This document shows, piece by piece, positions 58,040 to 64,000 of a stretch of 64,000 bases of DNA; the stretch's first letter is position 1; each line of letters starts with the position of its first letter. A program made the translations under genes and the position numbers. The notes beneath the pieces were generated by a model. It was given only the letters and a program-made list of their open reading frames with translations. It was not told the DNA's origin and did not search any database. The DNA comes from Spirochaetia bacterium (lineage in GTDB: Bacteria; Spirochaetota; Spirochaetia; SZUA-6; Bin103), in the NCBI GenBank assembly GCA_965203905.1, contig CBDBDQ010000005.1, forward strand, positions 4,832,001 through 4,896,000. The letters run 5' to 3'.

Positions 58040-58729
58040 ATGCGTGCAGCCGAAATGCAGGCGGTGCTCGAGGCGGCCGCCCGCCTCCAAGCGCTGGTGC
58101 CTGATGCGGTCCTCGTTGGTGGCACTGCGGCCGCGCACCACGCGCACCACCGCGTATCGCTCCACGACGACCACGTCCTGGAAGACCTGCGTGAGCGCTT
58201 CGACGAGATCCTTGCCGATCTCGAGGCAACCGACGGTTGGGTTACGGCACGGATCCGCAGGCCGGTGCTGATCCTGGGCCGCCTCGACGGCGTGGAAACC
58301 GGCATCCGGAATCTTATTCGGCGGCGGCCGCTGGAAGTCGAACAGGTTCGAGTAGGCGAACGCACCCTGCGGGTACCCACGTTGGCGGAGATCGCACGGA
58401 TCAAGGCGTGGCTGTGCCTGATCCGGAACGCCACTCGCGACTATCTGGACTTTGCCGCGCTTGCCGATCGCCTCGGCGCAGCCGAATCCTCCTCGGTGGT
58501 CATCGCCATCGATGACTACTATGCGGATCAGCTCGGGCCCGGTGGCCGCCGCGTCGCCACCCAGGTCGCCAAACAGCTTGCCGAGCCGCGCCCCGATGAC
58601 CTTTCGAGCGTCGACCTTGCCACCTACCGCAAGCTGGATCGTCGCTGGCAGAACTGGCAAACCGTCGCCGACGCCTGCCGCAAGGTCGCCGTGCGGGTGC
58701 TGGATCAACTGGTAGAGGATTCGCCGTGA
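58040..58729 (+). CDS. AbiEii/DUF1814-like nucleotidyltransferase (putative toxin)
   Basis: LVGGTAAA..HRVSLHDD, IKAWL..RNATRDYLDF. Confidence 0.78.
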   Translation: MRAAEMQAVLEAAARLQALVPDAVLVGGTAAAHHAHHRVSLHDDHVLEDLRERFDEILADLEATDGWVTARIRRPVLILGRLDGVETGIRNLIRRRPLEVEQVRVGERTLRVPTLAEIARIKAWLCLIRNATRDYLDFAALADRLGAAESSSVVIAIDDYYADQLGPGGRRVATQVAKQLAEPRPDDLSSVDLATYRKLDRRWQNWQTVADACRKVAVRVLDQLVEDSP

Positions 58730-59199
58730 TTCACCGCCATTCCGAGATTCCACCAGACACCCCGGCGCGTGCTCTGCCTCGTGTGGCACTCGTCGACATA
58801 CTGGAGCGCGGCGATCTTGAGGCGTGGCTGCCGCTGGCCCGCGCCATCCAAGGTGACCCGACGGGGGAACTCGCCATCACCGTCATGCGCTTGATCGACG
58901 CGTATCCCATGTACGGTACGTCTGCGTTGTGGCGCGCGTGGATCGACCTGTGTCAGGCGCGCACGCTGGTGGACACTCGGCCAGCGAGCCTGGCGTCGCT
59001 TCGCCGCCAGCGGGGGCTCACTCAGGCGCAGGTCGCCGAGCGGCTCGGGATGAGCCAGTCCGACGTGTCAAAGCTGGAGCGACGGCAAGACCTCCGGCTG
59101 TCCACGCTCCAGGCGTACGCCCGAGCCCTTGGCGGCCGTCTTCAGACCGTGTTCGTCACCGGCGAGACCGGGAAGCAGATCCCGATCGCGATCGCCTGA
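58726..59199 (+). CDS. XRE-family HTH protein with extra N-terminal domain (putative antitoxin)
   Basis: ILERGDLEAW N-domain; LRRQRGLTQAQVAERLGMSQSDVSKLERRQDLRLSTL; GTGA overlap. Confidence 0.85.
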   Translation: MIHRHSEIPPDTPARALPRVALVDILERGDLEAWLPLARAIQGDPTGELAITVMRLIDAYPMYGTSALWRAWIDLCQARTLVDTRPASLASLRRQRGLTQAQVAERLGMSQSDVSKLERRQDLRLSTLQAYARALGGRLQTVFVTGETGKQIPIAIA

Positions 59200-59236
59200 C
59201 CCCTGCATGCTTGCGAAGTCCCCAGTAGCGGCGTGT

Positions 59237-59987
59237 CGGAGTACAAGCATACGCCGTTTCACCCGCGCGAGGTGCTGAGCTGCCGCCCGAGGAGTGCGCT
59301 TCCGGCGCCTCGGTGGAGGAGTTGAAGATCAAGCGCAAGGAGCTGCCGGAGTTCGTCAGCGAGTATGGGACCGCGGACTCGCTGCCGGAGCTGGACTCGC
59401 TGCGCAGATTCATCGCCGAGCAGGATCTGTGGCCCGTGAACTGGAAGGTCTTCACCCGGCGCGGGCTGCACAGCGACCGCCTGTGCAAGTGGACCGGCGA
59501 GCCCGCCAGCCTGGAGCAGATGATCGCCGCCAGCCAGGACTACCAGCCGTTCGTGCTGAAGTACCACACCGAGTTTTCCGCCGCCACAAGTTCGCCCCCT
59601 GCAACGGCGCCCTGTTCTTCCAGTTCCGCGACTGCTGGCCGGCGGTGACCGCCTCGGTAGTGGATTACTACGGCCGAAAGAAGAAGGGCTACTTCGCCCT
59701 GCAACAGGCCTTCAGCCCGATCCACGTGTTGATGGACGGGCCCGACCTCGCCGGTGAAGCGGCGGGCAGCACCTTTCGCCGCGCCCTTTACGTCATCAAC
59801 AACTACCCCACCGAGTACCCCTCCCTGACCGTCTCGTGGCAGGTGCTCGGCGCGGCAGACGACGTGCTCGCCGCCGGCAGCACTCCGTGTACGGTTCCGG
59901 CCAACAGCCTGAGCCCGGTTGGCGAGGTCTCCTGGCCCATCCCCTCTGCCGACGCCAGTTGCCGCGTATCGCTCACCTCGAACGCCG
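59237..59987 (+). pseudogene. Second, diverged copy of the GH2 3' region
   Basis: Colinear with ~57031-57790; many synonymous changes and two single-base deletions. Confidence 0.92.
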
Positions 59988-60037
59988 CCTTCTCTGGAGA
60001 GTAATGTGCTTGCGCGACCGTCCGCGTGTCGAGTCGA

Positions 60038-60076
60038 TAGACATTCATTTATATAAGTTATAGTTTATGGTAAATC
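60038..60076 (+). promoter_or_regulatory. AT-rich promoter with imperfect inverted repeat (candidate ArsR operator)
   Basis: TAGACA-17-TAGTTT; ATTTATATAAG..TTTATGGTAAAT; ArsR gene in the same operon. Confidence 0.55.
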
Positions 60077-60982
60077 ATGGTTCAGTCTGCAGGGGACGTG
60101 CGGCCGCGTTGGGTCTCGGAGCGGCTGTACCCGTTCGAGAGCCGTTTCTTTGCAGCGCCCGGCGGCCGCATGCACTACGTGGACGAGGGCGCGGGGATGC
60201 CTATCGTGTTCCTGCATGGCAACCCGAGTTGGTCGTTCGAGTTCCGTGGCCTCGCCCTGGATCTGCGCGACCGGTTCCGCTGCGTGGCGCCCGACCACCT
60301 GGGGTTCGGGCTGTCAGCGCGCCCCGGAAGCGGCAAGGAGCATCATCCGGCGGCCCATGCCGAGAACTTCATCGCGCTGATGGACCATCTTGGGCTGGAC
60401 CACGTAACGCTGTTCCTGGCCGACTGGGGTGGGCCGATCGGACTGGAGTTTGCGCGCCGCCATCCGGAGCGGGTGGCGCGCCTGGTGATTGCCAACACCT
60501 GGGCGTGGCCGGTCGACGACGACTTCCACTTCGTGGCGTTCAGCCGCTTGATGGGCGGCGCGCTCGGACGGTTCCTGATCACGCGGCGCAACCTGTTCGT
60601 GAACCGCGTCATGCCGGCGGCGGTGGGTGACCGACGCTGCCTGACGGCGGAGGTGATGGACCACTACCGGAACGCGCAGCCGAGCCCTGAGGCGCGGGCC
60701 GGTAGTGCCGCGTTGCCTCGCCACATCGTCGGCGCGTCGGACTGGCTGCGCGCGATCTGGGACGAGCGCGAAAAGTTCGCCGCCAAGCCGGCGCTGCTGT
60801 TATGGGGCCACCGGGATATCGCATTCCGCAATAAAGAACTGGACACATGGCGGGCGGCCCTGCACGCATACGAGCTGCATGAGTTTCCCGACTGCGGTCA
60901 CTTCCTGGCCGAGGAAGCGCCGGACGAGATCGCCCCGCTGATACAGGCGTTCATGGCCGGCGATAATGGGCCTGATGCGTAG
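60077..60982 (+). CDS. Alpha/beta hydrolase, haloalkane dehalogenase-like
   Basis: LHGNPSWS, APDHLGFGLS, ADWGGPIG, GHFLAEE. Confidence 0.9.
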   Translation: MVQSAGDVRPRWVSERLYPFESRFFAAPGGRMHYVDEGAGMPIVFLHGNPSWSFEFRGLALDLRDRFRCVAPDHLGFGLSARPGSGKEHHPAAHAENFIALMDHLGLDHVTLFLADWGGPIGLEFARRHPERVARLVIANTWAWPVDDDFHFVAFSRLMGGALGRFLITRRNLFVNRVMPAAVGDRRCLTAEVMDHYRNAQPSPEARAGSAALPRHIVGASDWLRAIWDEREKFAAKPALLLWGHRDIAFRNKELDTWRAALHAYELHEFPDCGHFLAEEAPDEIAPLIQAFMAGDNGPDA

Positions 60983-61337
60983 CGGCGGAAGGGTGCCGGG
61001 GACCGTGGAGCTGGTGGCCGATCCGATGCGGCGCGAGATCCTGCGGCGCATCTGGGACACCGAGCTGCCGGTGGGAGCGTTGGTGGATGCGTTCGACGTG
61101 TCGCAGCCGGCGATCTCGTTCCACCTGCGCCTGTTGCGCGAGGGCGGCCTGGTGCGCGTCCGCCCGCGGGGCAATCGGCGCTACTATCGCGCCATCCCCG
61201 AGGCGCTGGGCGAGTTGCGCATCTACCTGGAATCGTATTGGCAGGACAGCCTGTCGCGTCTCAAGGACGAGGCCGAACTGGAGGCCAGGAGGGAGCGCCG
61301 GGATGCGAGGCAGCTTCGAGATCATCCGCGAGATTGA
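60966..61337 (+). CDS. ArsR-family transcriptional regulator (start uncertain)
   Basis: ADPMRREIL, VSQPAISFHLRLLREGGLV, RRYY. Confidence 0.9.
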   Translation: MGLMRSGGRVPGTVELVADPMRREILRRIWDTELPVGALVDAFDVSQPAISFHLRLLREGGLVRVRPRGNRRYYRAIPEALGELRIYLESYWQDSLSRLKDEAELEARRERRDARQLRDHPRD

Positions 61338-61612
61338 GATCGACGCCAGTCCCGAGTTGGTGTTCCGATTCTTGACCGAGCCGGCGCTGTTGGAGCGCTG
61401 GCTGTGCGTTCAGGCCGAGGTCGACGCACACCCTGGCGGCAGCTACGTATTGAACGTGACCGGGAGCCACACTACCCGCGGCACCTTCCTGGTTGTGGAG
61501 CCGGGCCACCGGTTGGGCTCACTACCTGCCCCGCCTGGCGACCGCTGCGGCCGGCGGCGACCCCAGCACCGACGGCTGGCGTACCGCATCGCCGCCGCCC
61601 GGTGAACCATGA
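61303..61612 (+). pseudogene. SRPBCC/AHSA1 protein with internal deletion
   Basis: IEIDASPELVFRFLTEP..PGHRL then, out of frame, GWAHYLPRLATAAAGGDP. Confidence 0.82.
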
Positions 61613-61769
61613 CCGTGCCCAATCACGGCCGGGGTGCCCGGCGCCAAGCTGTCGGGCCGGGAGCGAGTTCCGAAGTCGCAAGCAGCGGCCGTGGCGCCCG
61701 GCGACAACGTATCTTTTGCGACCTCGTTCGGTGGGGTACTCATCGGTTGCGGGCAGCGGTAAGGGAGCG

Positions 61770-62122
61770 CCGATTTCCAGTTGGCGGGCACAGCGAGCGA
61801 GGGGAGTGTCGTAGGTGGCAAGCTGGGCGCCCGCCGTTCGCGCAGCGGCCAGCAGTGCGACGTCCACCCAGCCGATTCCGGTTCCTACGAGACCGTGGTT
61901 GCGAATAAAGTCGTGCAGGTCCGCCGGTGACGCCGGATCACACCAAGGCGGCGCGTGGAGGAGCGCCTCGTTGTCGGCGGAGAGACCGCCGAGCAGCAGT
62001 TCGCCGACTACGAACGGATGTACCAGTGCCTGGCCCCTCGTGATCCAGGGTTGTGCCACGAGTCCGGCTTCCTCGCTGCGCAGAAACCTGAGCTAGACGC
62101 TGGTGTCGACCAGGATGGTCAA
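61770..62122 (-). pseudogene. vapC: VapC (PIN) toxin with nonsense codon; 3' end uncertain
   Basis: MTILVDTSV*LRFL..HPFVVGELLLG..GIGWVDVALLA..TYD; TAG at 62093-62095 where Trp is usual. Confidence 0.85.
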
Positions 62123-62322
62123 CTTGGTCTCGTCGCGGAACGCCGCCTTGCGACCGGCAGCAGGTCGGGCTGCGAGCCGAATGCCTCGCCCAGCCTGCGG
62201 CGCCGGTCGGCATGGGCCAACTCCCGCAGACCGAGTTCCAGTACGGCGGTCTTGGTCTTTCCCCGATGTAGCGCCATCGCCTCGCTGACCAGATCGTCGT
62301 CAAGATTGATCGTGGTCTTCAT
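62119..62322 (-). CDS. vapB: VapB antitoxin
   Basis: MKTTINLDDDLVSEAM..TKTAVLELGLREL. Confidence 0.88.
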   Translation of the reverse strand: MKTTINLDDDLVSEAMALHRGKTKTAVLELGLRELAHADRRRRLGEAFGSQPDLLPVARRRSATRPS

Positions 62323-62509
62323 ACAGATTGTTGTGCCCTATCTGTCCATATCAATCAACGCGATTCTGTATTGGGCTGCCGGGCTATCCCCGCCGCCCCC
62401 GGCAGCTACCGCGTGTTTCTCACACTCGAACGCGATGCGGAATCCGTCTCCAGCAACGCCTGCACCGTACAAACCCACGCCGACCGCCGCGGTGGTCCGG
62501 GGTAGTCCT

Positions 62510-62857
62510 TCAGCGGCCGAGAACGACGTCGATTCCGCGCAAGATGTGCGCTAACTGCCGGCCCCCGATTCGGCGCACGCGCTCTGCCAGAGTGCGCCGA
62601 TCGAGCGCGACCACCTGCGACGCGTTGGCGACCGAGTCCTTCGGCAAACCAGTGACCTTTGGCGCCAGCACGGTATTGCCCGGCGCATCCGCCCAGGCCA
62701 GGTTGCTGGTCAGCGGGACGCACACCACGGTCGAGATCCGGCTCCGGTTCAGCGAATTCCCCTGAACCACCACGACAGGTCGTCTCAGGCCAGGGCCCGA
62801 ACCTACCGGCTCCGGCAGTTCGGCCCACCACACCTCACCCTGAGCGGGCTCTACCAT
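62510..62857 (-). CDS. mazF: MazF/PemK toxin (intact)
   Basis: QGEVWWAELPEPVGSGPGLRRPVVVVQ..PLTSNL..DSVANASQ. Confidence 0.93.
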   Translation of the reverse strand: MVEPAQGEVWWAELPEPVGSGPGLRRPVVVVQGNSLNRSRISTVVCVPLTSNLAWADAPGNTVLAPKVTGLPKDSVANASQVVALDRRTLAERVRRIGGRQLAHILRGIDVVLGR

Positions 62858-63090
62858 TCCGACCGCTCAAGCGTCTTCCGCGCTGCTGCTGCCACGAAGT
62901 CGTCCGGCGCCGTAGCACCAAGGCGGTCGACTACCCGGTCCATCGCCTCCGTGACCTCGTCCGGCGCGTGTCGGGCGAGATACTCGGCAATGGCATCGGC
63001 GTACAGCCGGCTGCGCGACCTGCTCGACCGTCGTGCGTGACGTTCCGCGGCATGGAACAACTCATCCGGAAGGGATACGGCGGTTTTCAT
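62851..63090 (-). CDS. RHH antitoxin
   Basis: MKTAVSLPDELFHAAERHA..SRSRLYADAI; overlaps mazF. Confidence 0.88.
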   Translation of the reverse strand: MKTAVSLPDELFHAAERHARRSSRSRSRLYADAIAEYLARHAPDEVTEAMDRVVDRLGATAPDDFVAAAARKTLERSEW

Positions 63091-63201
63091 ACCATCAGTA
63101 TGACCGGGCGATCGGACCTGAACAACCGGCGCTCGCCGGTAGCGCAAGGCGGTCTCACGCTGTTCACTTGAATACGTTGGATCCTTGATTACGATGTATC
63201 C

Positions 63202-63456
63202 ATGATCACGACAGTCACGGCGAAGAACCAGGTTACGGAGCCGGTCGGGATTGCCGTTGCCGAGGCGATCAAACCAGGCACACGTCTTCAGTGGAGCGTG
63301 ACCGAGCGCGAGCACGTCATAGAGGTCCGCGTGCTCCCGAGCGCCGCCGCGGTTGCGGCCGGGCTCCGCGGGCGTGGACTGCGGTATAAGAAGCGATCAG
63401 TCAGCGCCGTCGACGACCTCGTGCGCGAACGTGAACGAGACGACGACCGGAGGTGA
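63202..63456 (+). CDS. AbrB/MazE-like antitoxin
   Basis: MITTVTAKNQVT..IKPGTRLQW..AVDDLVRER. Confidence 0.75.
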   Translation: MITTVTAKNQVTEPVGIAVAEAIKPGTRLQWSVTEREHVIEVRVLPSAAAVAAGLRGRGLRYKKRSVSAVDDLVRERERDDDRR

Positions 63457-63565
63457 AGCGGTCACGCACGTGCTCGACACGTCGGCTATTCTCGCCCACT
63501 ACTTCGATTAGCAGGGAGCCGAGATGGTCGAGAGACTGTGGCAAGACTCTTGGAACCGGGTGGCT
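63453..63565 (+). pseudogene. PIN/VapC toxin 5' remnant
   Basis: THVLDTSAILAHYFD*QGAEMVERLW; TAG at 63509-63511; truncated. Confidence 0.78.
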
Positions 63566-63781
63566 CTACCACTTCGCATGCGCGAGCATCTGCCGCGTGG
63601 CGCGCGCCACGAAACGGTCGGTTGCGGTCTCACCGAGACGGTCGACCACCCGGTTCATGGCGTCGGTAACCTCTGCGGCAGTATTCCTGGCGAGGTGCTC
63701 GGGGATTTCATCCGCATGGAGCCGGCTTCGGGACCGGTTCGAACGGCGTACGTGCCGTTCCGCGGCATGGAACTGCTTCAC
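63566..63781 (-). pseudogene. Degenerate paralog of the 62851-63090 antitoxin
   Basis: MK-(TAVSLPDE missing)-QFHAAERHVRRSNRSRSRL..VTDAMNRVVDRLG..KW. Confidence 0.8.
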
Positions 63782-64000
63782 GCCACTAGTATAGCCGAAC
63801 GACGTGCTGAGCCCGCGTGTGCTACGGGCCGGATCGCCGCGCGAGCCACATGACGCCAACTCAGGGCTGCTCTCACCGTGCTTGCCGCGCTCGCCCTCGG
63901 CGGGGCACACTTCACCCAACGTCCCACGGCCGAACCGATCGTGCGATTCCTGTTTAATTGATGTGTTAGTAAGGAAATCAACGTAATATCGTCGGTGACC

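Noticed and set aside
57031-59987. DGR TR/VR pair in GH2
   Set aside because: Repeat is too long, and differences are mostly synonymous and not A-specific.
1-64000. CRISPR array, cas genes, tRNA or rRNA
   Set aside because: No regularly spaced repeats with unique spacers, no cas-like ORFs and no recognisable tRNA/rRNA seen by eye.

Overview
GC-rich bacterial accessory region. The signal peptides of the binding proteins (for example 'GLWATGTEE' and 'FASGATDQE') suggest a Spirochaetia-like organism; this is inference only. Metabolic content: four carbohydrate (CUT1) ABC cassettes and two family-5 peptide/nickel ABC cassettes, none with an ATPase in the window, plus four Cys-type sulfatases, one intact and one pseudogenised GH2, GGT, a DddP-like M24 protein, Gfo/Idh/MocA, zwf, an epimerase, PhyH, NIPSNAP and a dehalogenase-like hydrolase. 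About ten toxin-antitoxin-like modules, two AAA-ATPase/PD-(D/E)XK genes, an AlbA/Schlafen-HATPase gene and an HNH gene are interspersed. Main observations not visible in the ORF track: (1) a conserved long 5' leader family upstream of family-5 binding-protein paralogs, with a poly-C uORF, an SD-led 11-aa mini-ORF (MxLKEPHARAA*) ending inside a 12-bp hairpin, and an alternative pairing; a 3'-truncated group II intron sits in one copy with its EBS1 matching that site exactly. (2) An ISKra4-derived composite element (IRs plus 9-bp target duplication) carrying the HNH gene. (3) A recurring architecture in which accessory cassettes lie between a gene and a diverged, deletion-collapsed relic of the same gene. 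(4) Six toxin-type genes are inactivated while their partner genes stay open. (5) Widespread leaderless-type promoters (TANNNT-6/7 nt-ATG). All alignments were done by eye; no searches were run.
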